From Erysipelotrichaceae bacterium (lineage in GTDB: Bacteria; Bacillota_I; Bacilli_A; Erysipelotrichales; Coprobacillaceae): DNA of 32,000 nt. Of this stretch, positions 7,572-16,261 are shown piece by piece. The translations under genes and the position numbers were made by a program. The notes under the pieces were generated by a model. The model made no database searches. It saw only the letters and a program-made list of their open reading frames with translations, and had not been told where the DNA came from. The number at the start of each line of letters is the position of its first letter. The first letter of the stretch is position 1. The stretch covers positions 30,001 to 62,000 of the forward strand of contig JAQVDW010000001.1 in assembly GCA_028698185.1 (NCBI GenBank). The letters run 5' to 3'.

Positions 7572-9512
7572 GTGGCTAATAATCAATATGATGAATCGAA
7601 AATCCAAATACTTGAAGGGTTGGATGCGGTCAGAAAACGTCCGGGGATGTACATAGGTTCTACGGATGTTTACGGCCTTCACCACCTGGTTTGGGAGATT
7701 GTCGATAATGCCATAGACGAAGCCTTGTCTGGTTATGGCAATGAAATAATTGTTACTATAAATAATGATGGCAGTGTGACAGTTAAGGACTTTGGACGGG
7801 GGATGCCCACAGGCATGCATGCAAGTGGCAGACCGACCCTGGAAGTTATCTTGACTGTTTTGCACGCTGGGGGAAAATTCTCAGGTGATGGAGGTTACAA
7901 GACTTCAGGGGGGCTCCATGGAGTTGGCTCTTCGGTCGTCAATGCCCTGTCGAAACAACTGGAAGTGACCGTGAACCGCGAGGGAAAAGTCTTTCATCAG
8001 ATTTTTCAAAACGGTGGCAAAGATATCGGGCCCTTGGAAGTGCTGGGAAAAACAAATGAGACCGGAACAACAGTTACTTTCTGGCCGGATCCCGAGATTT
8101 TCTCTACGACCAATTTTAACTATTCCACTGTCAAGGAGCGCTTGAAGGAAAGTGCCTTTTTGCTTAAGGGAATCAAGATCACGGTCAATGACCTGCGGGT
8201 CGACAAGACCGTCACGTTCAAGTACGAGGATGGTTTGAAGGAATTTATCAGCTATCTCAACTTTGATAAAAAACCGATCACCGATATCATATCGCTCGAA
8301 GGGGTTTTTGACGATATCGAGGTTGAATGCGCCCTGCAATTCACCGACGGATTCCAGGAAAACACCCACGGGTTTGTCAACCTGGTGCGCACCAGCGAGG
8401 GGGGCAGCCATATTACCGGTCTGCGTTCGGGTCTCACAAAGACCTTCAACGAGTTCGCCCGAAGCTTCAATGTCCTCAAGGAAAAGGAAAAGAATCTCGA
8501 AGGTAACGATATCCGCGAGGGTCTGACTTGCGTTCTTTCACTGAAAATTCCCGAGCACCTGCTTCAGTTCGAAGGCCAGACAAAGGCCAAATTGGGAACT
8601 CCCGAAGCCCGACTGGTCGTCGAGAATGTGATCAGCGAGAAATTGTTTTTCTATCTTCAGGAAAACAGCGAGGTTGCCAGCGAGCTTATTGAAAAGATAC
8701 AAAAGGCGGCCCGGGCCCGGGAAGCGGCCCGCAAAGCCCGCGAAGCAGCGCGAAAGAGCAAATCCAACCGGATTGACAAGATTCTTTCTGGCAAACTGGC
8801 TCCAGCCCAATCGAAAGACGCGAAAAGAAAAGAACTTTACATAGTCGAAGGGGACTCGGCGGGAGGCAGCGCCAAACAGGGGCGCGACCGCAAATATCAG
8901 GCAATCCTGCCTTTGCGTGGGAAAGTTATCAACACTGAAAAGACAAGCATGGAAGAAGTGTTGAAAAATGAGATTTTCGGAACGGTAATAACCACGATCG
9001 GAGCCGGAGTGGGCAGCGATTTTAGAGTCAACGACAGCAATTACGACAAGATTATAATCATGACCGATGCCGACACCGATGGTGCCCATATCCAGGTCTT
9101 GCTTTTGACATTCTTTTACCGTTATATGCGCGAGCTGTACAACGCCGGGAAAATATATATCGCGGTTCCGCCCCTATACAAGGTTTCCAAGAAAACCGGA
9201 AAAAACGAGGATTCTGTTTACTGTTACGAAGACGAGGAACTCGAGGCAGCCAAAAAGAAATTTGGCAAGGGATACTATATCCAACGCTACAAAGGTTTGG
9301 GGGAAATGAATTCTTCCCAGCTTTGGGAAACTACAATGAATCCGGAAAATCGGACCCTAATCCAGGTCACTATCGAAGATGCGGCTATTGTCGAAAGAAG
9401 AGTTTCGGTACTGATGGGTGAAAAAGTTGCTCCTAGACGGGAGTGGATTGAAGAAAATGTCCAGTTCACTTTGGAGGACGATTTTTTAGAAGAGGTGGCA
9501 CATGGAAGATAA
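7572..9512 (+). CDS. parE: Type IIA topoisomerase ATPase subunit, most likely topoisomerase IV subunit B (ParE)
   Basis: Motifs seen are GLDAVRKRPGMYIG, GHKL ATPase motifs, Toprim EGDSAGG and DADTDGAHI. The ParE call over GyrB is contextual: the gene is divergent from plsY as in B. subtilis, its partner lacks a GyrA box, and there is no dnaA/dnaN/recF context. Confidence 0.8.
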   Translation: MANNQYDESKIQILEGLDAVRKRPGMYIGSTDVYGLHHLVWEIVDNAIDEALSGYGNEIIVTINNDGSVTVKDFGRGMPTGMHASGRPTLEVILTVLHAGGKFSGDGGYKTSGGLHGVGSSVVNALSKQLEVTVNREGKVFHQIFQNGGKDIGPLEVLGKTNETGTTVTFWPDPEIFSTTNFNYSTVKERLKESAFLLKGIKITVNDLRVDKTVTFKYEDGLKEFISYLNFDKKPITDIISLEGVFDDIEVECALQFTDGFQENTHGFVNLVRTSEGGSHITGLRSGLTKTFNEFARSFNVLKEKEKNLEGNDIREGLTCVLSLKIPEHLLQFEGQTKAKLGTPEARLVVENVISEKLFFYLQENSEVASELIEKIQKAARAREAARKAREAARKSKSNRIDKILSGKLAPAQSKDAKRKELYIVEGDSAGGSAKQGRDRKYQAILPLRGKVINTEKTSMEEVLKNEIFGTVITTIGAGVGSDFRVNDSNYDKIIIMTDADTDGAHIQVLLLTFFYRYMRELYNAGKIYIAVPPLYKVSKKTGKNEDSVYCYEDEELEAAKKKFGKGYYIQRYKGLGEMNSSQLWETTMNPENRTLIQVTIEDAAIVERRVSVLMGEKVAPRREWIEENVQFTLEDDFLEEVAHGR

Positions 9513-12039
9513 GAAAATTGTTTTGAGTCTGGACAACATCATGTCCGACCGTTTCGGGAAATACTCGAAATATATCATCCAGGAGAGGGCCCTGCCCGAT
9601 GTGCGGGATGGATTAAAACCGGTTCAGCGCCGGATTCTCTATTCGATGTACAAGGAAGGCAACCTGGCCTCACGGCCTTACCGCAAGTCAGCGAAGACGG
9701 TCGGAAATGTAATCGGTAACTACCATCCTCATGGGGACAGTTCCGTTTACGACGCGATGACCCGCTTGTCGCAGGATTGGAAGATGTCGGCGCCTCTTGT
9801 AGATATGCAAGGGAACAACGGTTCAATCGACAACGATCCGGCTGCTGCGATGCGTTACACCGAAGCCCGTTTGTCGCCGTTGGCTGCCGAACTGCTCAAC
9901 GACATCGACAAAGAGACAGTCTTGATGGCCTTGAACTTCGACGATTCGGATTTTGAACCGACCGTATTGCCGGCAAGTTATCCTAATTTGCTTGTCAACG
10001 GTTCGACCGGGATATCGGCCGGTTACGCCACCGATATCCCCCCTCACAATCTCAATGAAGTAGTCGATGCAACCATATATCGCATCAAGCATCCGACTTG
10101 CACTCTTGGCAAGTTGATGGATTACATCAAGGGACCGGATTTCCCTACAGGCGGGATAATTGAAGGTGTCGACGGGATTGCGGCCGCCTATAAAAAAGGG
10201 CGGGGCAAGATTGTCTGCCGAGCGAAATGCGAGATAGTGGAACATAAAAAAATGAACCAGATTGTAGTCAGCGAGATACCATACGAGGTCAATAAGGCCG
10301 AACTGGTCCGCAAAATCGATGAAATCAACTATAATCGCGATGTCGAAGGAATCCTTGAAGTCCGCGATGAATCGGACCGTACCGGTCTTAGAGTCGTGAT
10401 TGATCTTTCCAAGGAAATCGATGCGCAAAATACGCTCAACTACCTGTACAAGAACACTGAACTGCAAAAAAATTACAATTTCAACATGGTCGCCATCAAT
10501 CACAAGAGACCGGAACTGATGGGGTTGGTTGACATTCTTGATGGCTACATTGACCATCAGATAGACGTCGTCACCAACCGGTCGCTGTTTGATCTGGCCA
10601 AAGCCAAAAGCCGCTTTCATATCGTTGAAGGTCTGATCAAGGCTATCGACATTCTAGATGAGGTTGTCAGCTGCATCCGTCATTCCAAAAACAAGGGCGA
10701 TGCCAAGGAAAATCTCCATGTCCGTTTCGGTTTCACTTTGGATCAGGCTGAGGCTATTGTGATGTTGCAACTTTATCGCTTGACTAACACGGATATCGAA
10801 ACCCTCGTGAATGAACAAAACAAGCTTCAAACAACCATCGGGGAATTGACAAATATCCTCGACAATGACGATATCCTGCGGGAGGTGATCGTTGCAAAGC
10901 TGAAGGATATCAAAAAGGTCCATGGATTCAATCGCCGGTCCCAGATCAAGGAAGATGTGCTTGAAGTCAAAGTAGACAAAAAAGCGATGATTTTGGAAGA
11001 AGACACTTATGTTTCGGTGACCCAGGCCGGTTATGTCAAAAAGATATCGCCTCGGTCCTACAGTGCCAGCAATACTCCTTTTGGCATCAAGGATGGCGAT
11101 TATCTAATCAAGATAGCAAAGGCGACTACTGTGCAGACTCTTCTTTTGTTCACGGACAAAGGGAACTATCTGTTTGTACCGATCCATCAGCTAGAAGAGT
11201 ACAAATGGAAGGATGTTGGAAAACACATCAGCTACATGGTCAAACTTGATTCAAGCGAACGGATTGTCGATGCTATCATTGTCGATGATTTCACCAAGGA
11301 TCTGTTTGTAATCATCGCGACCCAACAGGGTATGATCAAAAAAACAGCCCTTGGAGAGTTCGAAGTGAGCCGCTATTCGCGGCCGCTAAAGGCGATGAAG
11401 CTCAAGAAAGACGATCAGGTCGTTTCAGTCAATCTTACCCCAGGAAACTTGGGTGTGATAATTGCGACCAAGAACGGTTATAGCAATGTCTATTCGGAAG
11501 GGCAGATCTCACCGACGGGTATCAAGACCGGTGGAATCAAAGCCATCACATTGAAAAATGACCAGGTTGTTTCATGCAATGTCTTTAATCCGGTTATGCA
11601 CCAGTCGTTGATATTGATTACTGTTGACAATCGGATAAAAAGAATTAAAATAAATGATATTCCAATCACAAACCGTGGGGTAAAAGGGAATCTTCTGTTC
11701 AAGAACCTGAAAACGAAGATTTTCGCAACCCACAAGTGTCTTGTTTGTGATTTGAATGACGAAATCAAGATATACACTGACAAAAACGAGTACAGTGTCA
11801 TCGTCAAAAATTTCAACAATTCGAATCTCGATGGAAAACCGAACGGTTTGTCCAAAAATAATGAAACCGTTCAATACGTTTACCATGATCGGGAATCAAA
11901 TACCCAGTTTTACGACAATTTAATTCTTGACAATTACAGCAGCTGGTTTGAAAATAAAGGTGGACAGACCAAGGAAAATGATGACAGTTTTGAACAAATG
12001 TCGCTTGATGACTTATTGAATACGGAGGATCAAAATTGA
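9502..12039 (+). CDS. parC: Type IIA topoisomerase DNA-cleavage subunit, most likely topoisomerase IV subunit A (ParC)
   Basis: Motifs seen are LPDVRDGLKPVQRRILY and the active-site Tyr context AAMRYTEARL. At the position of the GyrA box (QRRGGKG) the sequence reads SASNTPFG, so the box is absent. The start overlaps the parE stop by 11 nt. Confidence 0.8.
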   Translation: MEDKKIVLSLDNIMSDRFGKYSKYIIQERALPDVRDGLKPVQRRILYSMYKEGNLASRPYRKSAKTVGNVIGNYHPHGDSSVYDAMTRLSQDWKMSAPLVDMQGNNGSIDNDPAAAMRYTEARLSPLAAELLNDIDKETVLMALNFDDSDFEPTVLPASYPNLLVNGSTGISAGYATDIPPHNLNEVVDATIYRIKHPTCTLGKLMDYIKGPDFPTGGIIEGVDGIAAAYKKGRGKIVCRAKCEIVEHKKMNQIVVSEIPYEVNKAELVRKIDEINYNRDVEGILEVRDESDRTGLRVVIDLSKEIDAQNTLNYLYKNTELQKNYNFNMVAINHKRPELMGLVDILDGYIDHQIDVVTNRSLFDLAKAKSRFHIVEGLIKAIDILDEVVSCIRHSKNKGDAKENLHVRFGFTLDQAEAIVMLQLYRLTNTDIETLVNEQNKLQTTIGELTNILDNDDILREVIVAKLKDIKKVHGFNRRSQIKEDVLEVKVDKKAMILEEDTYVSVTQAGYVKKISPRSYSASNTPFGIKDGDYLIKIAKATTVQTLLLFTDKGNYLFVPIHQLEEYKWKDVGKHISYMVKLDSSERIVDAIIVDDFTKDLFVIIATQQGMIKKTALGEFEVSRYSRPLKAMKLKKDDQVVSVNLTPGNLGVIIATKNGYSNVYSEGQISPTGIKTGGIKAITLKNDQVVSCNVFNPVMHQSLILITVDNRIKRIKINDIPITNRGVKGNLLFKNLKTKIFATHKCLVCDLNDEIKIYTDKNEYSVIVKNFNNSNLDGKPNGLSKNNETVQYVYHDRESNTQFYDNLILDNYSSWFENKGGQTKENDDSFEQMSLDDLLNTEDQN

Positions 12040-13130
12040 CCCAGATAAAATGTTATGGCTGCGGAGCAGTCATCCAGACAAATGACCCCGACAAAATCGG
12101 GTATACACCGGAATCGGCCCTGGCCAAGGAACATGTGTTGTGCCAGCGTTGCTTCCAAATGAAAAATTACCACAAACTGACAAAAACTCAGATGACCCGC
12201 AATGACTATTTTGCGATCTTGGAGGAAATCTCGAGTAAGGACAACCTTTATGTCTATCTGATCGATTTGTTCGACTTCAACGGCAGCCTGATTAGCGGAT
12301 TGAATCGTCACCTGAACAGTGACAATATCCTGATTGTCGGAAACAAACGCGATGTCTTGCCAAAATCGATCAAGGATCAAAAGATCGAGCATTGGTTGCG
12401 CCGGCAGCTTAATGGCGACGGGGTCAAATACCTCGATGTCATCCTTTCATCAGGCAAGACCAACTACCACCTCGATGAGCTGATTGACAAGATCAATCAT
12501 TACCGCAACGGCCGCAACGTCTATGTGGTCGGGGTTACCAATGTGGGTAAATCATCTTTGATCAATGCCCTGTTGAAACATTACGCCAATGTCGACAGTC
12601 ATCTTATAACAACAAGCGAATTCCCGGGGACCACCCTTGGAACCATTGAGATCGAGCTTGATGAAAAATCGAGTCTCTACGACACGCCGGGGATTGTCAA
12701 CGAACACCAGATGGCCAACCGATTGGCTATCGAAGATCTGGGTCTGATTGTGCCAAAGGGAGAGCTGCGGCCGATGAACTTCCAGATCAACTCCGACCAG
12801 ACCCTCTATTTTGGCGGTCTGGCTCGAGTGGACTACTTCCAGGGAGAAAAGACACCGTTTATCTGCTACTTCCCAAGACAGATCAGGATCCACCGAACCA
12901 AGACAGTCAATGCCAAGCGAGTCTATCATAATGATGCGACACTGCTGCCAAAGATTCCTGGAATCGAGGATGTTGACCAGATGCAATCATATGTGTTCAA
13001 CCTTGATGGGACGAAACAGGATATCGTAATATCCGGTTTAGGTTTTTTCACTGTCACTCAAAAAAACGGAAAAATCAAAGTTATGGTTCCCAAAGGAATC
13101 GGAGTCTTCGTTCGCGAAGCCTTAATATGA
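12036..13130 (+). CDS. yqeH: Ribosome biogenesis GTPase YqeH (circularly permuted GTPase with N-terminal zinc finger)
   Basis: CxxC...CxxC is present (CYGCGAV...CQRCF). The G motifs are in permuted order: NKRD, then GVTNVGKSS, then DTPG. TTG 12036 overlaps the parC TGA, and GGAGGA lies at 12024-12029. Confidence 0.9.
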   Translation: MTQIKCYGCGAVIQTNDPDKIGYTPESALAKEHVLCQRCFQMKNYHKLTKTQMTRNDYFAILEEISSKDNLYVYLIDLFDFNGSLISGLNRHLNSDNILIVGNKRDVLPKSIKDQKIEHWLRRQLNGDGVKYLDVILSSGKTNYHLDELIDKINHYRNGRNVYVVGVTNVGKSSLINALLKHYANVDSHLITTSEFPGTTLGTIEIELDEKSSLYDTPGIVNEHQMANRLAIEDLGLIVPKGELRPMNFQINSDQTLYFGGLARVDYFQGEKTPFICYFPRQIRIHRTKTVNAKRVYHNDATLLPKIPGIEDVDQMQSYVFNLDGTKQDIVISGLGFFTVTQKNGKIKVMVPKGIGVFVREALI

Positions 13131-13140
13131 AAGGAATAAT

Positions 13141-13428
13141 ATGTTAACAGGAAAACAAAAAAGATACTTGCGTTCAATCGCTAACGGGTTAAAACCGCTA
13201 TACCAGATTGGTAAAGATGGTATCACGGCAAACCAGGTCGAAGGGATTGACGAATATCTCGAGAGAAAAGAATTGTTGAAAATCAAACTGTTGGAAACGT
13301 GCCCGATTTCTAAAAACGAAGCCGCAATCGAGCTTAGTGCGCAAACAAACAGCGAAGTTGTTCAAATCATGGGCAACACAATCGTCCTCTACCGGAAATC
13401 TCCGGAAAAAATCTATCGTCTGCCATGA
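13141..13428 (+). CDS. yqeI: YhbY/YqeI CRM-domain RNA-binding protein
   Basis: LTGKQKRYLRSIANGLKPLYQIGKDGIT is the typical CRS1/YhbY signature. The position after yqeH fits the conserved yqe operon. Confidence 0.85.
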   Translation: MLTGKQKRYLRSIANGLKPLYQIGKDGITANQVEGIDEYLERKELLKIKLLETCPISKNEAAIELSAQTNSEVVQIMGNTIVLYRKSPEKIYRLP

Positions 13429-14522
13429 TGAAGATTGGAATTTTTGGCGGTAGTTTTGACCCTATCCACAAAAGCCATATCGATGTAATTGAAAATTCCA
13501 TCTCCCAGCTCGGTCTCGATTTGCTGCTGGTAGTCCCGACAAAGAAAAATCCATGGAAAGCCAAGTCTTACGCTTCGGATGAGCAACGCAAGGCCATGAT
13601 TGAGATAGCCTTGAAAAAAATTGACAAAGCTCGTTTGGAAACTATCGAGATCGACAGCGATTTGGACGATGTCAATTTCACTGTCGACACTTTGGAATTG
13701 TTGTCAAATAAATATCCCGATAGTGAATTCCATTTGATTATGGGGATGGATCAGGCAAGCATGTTCCACAAGTGGCATCAGGCTCCAAAAATCAGCCGGG
13801 ATGTCCATCTGGTATGCTTTTTGCGATTGGGCTATGAGTACAATGAAAATATCGACAAGTTCAATTTCACAATTCTTGACATGGAGCCTACCAGCATCTC
13901 GAGTAGCGATGTGCGATCAGGACATCTTGAGTACCTCCAAAAAAGAGTGCTCAAATACATTTCCCGTGAAGGAATTTATCTCAACACAATGATCAAGCCA
14001 ATGATGTCGCTGCGGCGCTATCAGCACACTCTTTCTGTTGCCAAACTGGCAGTCGAATTGGCCAAGGCCAACGACATTGAGCAGAAGCAGGCTTACATCG
14101 CGTCCATACTGCATGATATCACCAAGGAAATGGATTTGAAAAAGGAATTGAAAATAATGCAAAAGCATTACAGCGATAAGATGGCTTTGCCCCATGAAGT
14201 ATGGCACCAATATACCGGAGCATATATGGCAAAAAAACAGTTTCTAGTCGAAGACAATAAGGTCATTCAGGCAATTGAAGGGCATACTACCGCGACAACA
14301 AAGATGTCGAAACTAGACAAACTTGTCTATGTCGCAGACAAACTGGATCCCTTGAGGGAGTATGATACCAGTCCCCAGATAGCCCTGGCCAAAACCGACA
14401 TTGACGCCGCTTTTGTGGAATGTTTAAAAGATTTTTATTCTTTTTCGAAAAAGAAAAATAGGAAAATAGATAATTGTTTTTACGATGTCTATAAAAAATA
14501 CGTAGGAGAAATTAATGGATAA
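13425..14522 (+). CDS. nadD: Fusion protein: nicotinate-nucleotide adenylyltransferase NadD (N-terminal) plus YqeK HD-domain hydrolase (C-terminal)
   Basis: The N-terminal half has GGSFDPIHKSH (H/TxGH-type) and ISSSDVR motifs. The C-terminal half has RYQHTLSVAKLA...ILHDITKE...GHTT...ADKLDP, an HD domain typical of YqeK. It is a single uninterrupted 365-codon ORF. Confidence 0.85.
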   Translation: MMKIGIFGGSFDPIHKSHIDVIENSISQLGLDLLLVVPTKKNPWKAKSYASDEQRKAMIEIALKKIDKARLETIEIDSDLDDVNFTVDTLELLSNKYPDSEFHLIMGMDQASMFHKWHQAPKISRDVHLVCFLRLGYEYNENIDKFNFTILDMEPTSISSSDVRSGHLEYLQKRVLKYISREGIYLNTMIKPMMSLRRYQHTLSVAKLAVELAKANDIEQKQAYIASILHDITKEMDLKKELKIMQKHYSDKMALPHEVWHQYTGAYMAKKQFLVEDNKVIQAIEGHTTATTKMSKLDKLVYVADKLDPLREYDTSPQIALAKTDIDAAFVECLKDFYSFSKKKNRKIDNCFYDVYKKYVGEING

Positions 14523-14859
14523 GTTAGAAATAATAGTTAAGGCTTTGGATGAAAAATTAGGAAGTGATATCGCTGTGATTGATATGCGTGATATCAGCGC
14601 AATCTACGACACTTTTGTGTTATGCTCAGCCAACAACGAACCGATGATGAATGCTTTGGTTGACAATGTCGAGCAAAAAGCTGCCGAGCAAGGATATTTT
14701 GTCAAAAGCAAAGAAGGAAAAAAGAACAGCAAATGGATCCTGATGGATTTTGGAGATATCGTTGTCCACATTTTTGACAAGGATGAACGTGAGTTGTACA
14801 ATATTGAAAAGCTTTGGGCCGATATGCCGCGTCTGAGCGTTGAGGAGATGCTTGACTAA
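14515..14859 (+). CDS. rsfS: Ribosomal silencing factor RsfS
   Basis: DIAVIDMRDISAIYDTFVLCSANN...WILMDFGDIVVHIF matches the RsfS/YqeL family. It overlaps the upstream gene by 8 nt. Confidence 0.9.
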   Translation: MDKLEIIVKALDEKLGSDIAVIDMRDISAIYDTFVLCSANNEPMMNALVDNVEQKAAEQGYFVKSKEGKKNSKWILMDFGDIVVHIFDKDERELYNIEKLWADMPRLSVEEMLD

Positions 14860-15578
14860 TGTCATATGAAAATTTCGCATTTTATTATGATAGTTTGATG
14901 GACAATAAGTTCTATAATGATTATTACCGTTTCATCAACAATCATGCCAAGTTCCAGGCTGTGCTGGAACTTGGTTGCGGGACCGGATCGATGGCGATCA
15001 AAATGGCTCGTGCCAAAAAAGAAGTCTACGCAACGGATCTTTCCGATGAGATGCTTGAGGTGGCACGCCTGAAAGCGATGGAAGCCAATGTCGATCTGAT
15101 GCTCCGAAAAATCGACATGCGTGATTTCGAGGTCGGTTTTCAAGTCGACCTGGTCACCTGTTTGTGCGATTCATTGAATTATATTATCGATAAAAATGAG
15201 GTATTCCAGGTTTTCAATAATGTCCACAACTCGCTAAAACATGATGGTACTTTCATTTTCGACGTTAATTCAATTTACAAGGTCGAACATGTCATCAATG
15301 ACTACCATGAAGCTGAAAGCGATGATGAGTTTGATTTCAACTGGGATACCAAATACCTTGGTGATGGCCTTGTTGAACATTTCGTCAAAATCCTGAACAA
15401 GGAAACTGGTGAATTGGTGAACGAACACCATATCCAGAAAACATTTCCAGTAGAAACATATCGGGAATTGTTGGAAAAGGCCGGTTTTGGCGATATCGAG
15501 CTATATAGCGACTTTCAAGAATATCAGCCTGAGTGCCAGCGTGTCATTTTTGTCGCAAGAAAAGGAGCAAAGATATGA
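14859..15578 (+). CDS. Class I SAM-dependent methyltransferase (YqeM-like)
   Basis: Motif I is VLELGCGTGS and an acidic post-I residue is present (YATDLS). The position after rsfS matches the yqe operon. Confidence 0.8.
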   Translation: MSYENFAFYYDSLMDNKFYNDYYRFINNHAKFQAVLELGCGTGSMAIKMARAKKEVYATDLSDEMLEVARLKAMEANVDLMLRKIDMRDFEVGFQVDLVTCLCDSLNYIIDKNEVFQVFNNVHNSLKHDGTFIFDVNSIYKVEHVINDYHEAESDDEFDFNWDTKYLGDGLVEHFVKILNKETGELVNEHHIQKTFPVETYRELLEKAGFGDIELYSDFQEYQPECQRVIFVARKGAKI

Positions 15579-16261
15579 TTGGGATAATAGGAGCCATGGA
15601 TGAGGAGGTAGCAGCGGTTATCAACCATCTGGATTCCAAAAAAACAGAAGTGATTTATGATATCAATTTCACTTTGGGTAAGGTCGACGGCAAGGATGTC
15701 GTTGTCTGTCAAAGCGGGATTGGGAAGGTCAATGCCAGCTTTTCGACCGCGATTCTCATTGACAATTTCGATGTCGATTTCGTGATAAATGTCGGAACGG
15801 CGGGGGGATTGAACCTTGATGAAAAACAAGGGGATGTCGTTGTTTCCACTGCGGTGGCCAATCACGACTTCGATCTTACGGCTTTCAACCGCAAAATAGG
15901 GGAGATTCCGGATATGCCCCATGTTTTTTTCGCCGATGAAAATCTGGTTGAAAAGACCGTGGCAATATTAAAAGACGATAATGTCAAGTATCATTTAGGC
16001 TTGATTGTCAGTGGGGATCAGTTCATCAGCAAGCAAGAACAGGTGGATTTTGTAAAAGAGCACTTCGAGAATCCTCTGGCAGGGGATATGGAAGCAAGCG
16101 CCATTGCCCAAATCTGCCACAAGACAAAGAAGCCTTTCATTGTTACCCGTTGTCTGAGTGATGTTTTCGGTTCGGGAGAGAATTCACTGCAGTTTGACGA
16201 GTATTTGAAAAAGGCGGCGCAAATCTCTGCTGATATTTGCGTAGGTTTGATCCGTGGTTAA
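15575..16261 (+). CDS. mtnN: 5'-methylthioadenosine/S-adenosylhomocysteine nucleosidase
   Basis: Motifs seen are MIGIIGAMDEEV, GIGKVNA and GDMEASAIAQ. ATG 15575 overlaps the upstream TGA and is preceded by AAAGGAG. The 15533 extension in the ORF track is unlikely. Confidence 0.9.
   Translation: MIGIIGAMDEEVAAVINHLDSKKTEVIYDINFTLGKVDGKDVVVCQSGIGKVNASFSTAILIDNFDVDFVINVGTAGGLNLDEKQGDVVVSTAVANHDFDLTAFNRKIGEIPDMPHVFFADENLVEKTVAILKDDNVKYHLGLIVSGDQFISKQEQVDFVKEHFENPLAGDMEASAIAQICHKTKKPFIVTRCLSDVFGSGENSLQFDEYLKKAAQISADICVGLIRG

Noticed and set aside
8695-8765. A GC-rich repetitive patch (gcccgggcccgggaagcggcccgcaaagcccgcgaagcagcgcgaaag) that looks like a tandem repeat or palindromic element.
   Set aside because: It is in frame within parE and encodes AARAREAARKAREAARK. 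This is the Ala/Arg/Lys-rich linker that type IIA B subunits normally carry before the Toprim domain.
9823-10620. Long antisense ORFs: 265 aa opposite parC, plus 8538-9089 opposite parE, 20532-21101 opposite the Cof gene, 17622-18140 opposite U32, 1459-1959 opposite ftsK and 5156-5638 across the M16 end and leader.
   Set aside because: Each lies fully inside, or largely overlaps, a strongly supported sense gene. None has an RBS, and their composition is odd. Stop-poor antisense frames of this kind are expected. I saw no recognisable motifs.
7572-12039. Calling the type IIA topoisomerase pair DNA gyrase (gyrB/gyrA).
   Set aside because: There is no GyrA box in the A subunit CTD. The pair is divergent from plsY as parEC is in B. 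subtilis. It is terminus-proximal rather than at the dnaA/dnaN/recF origin locus. Some uncertainty remains without a phylogeny.
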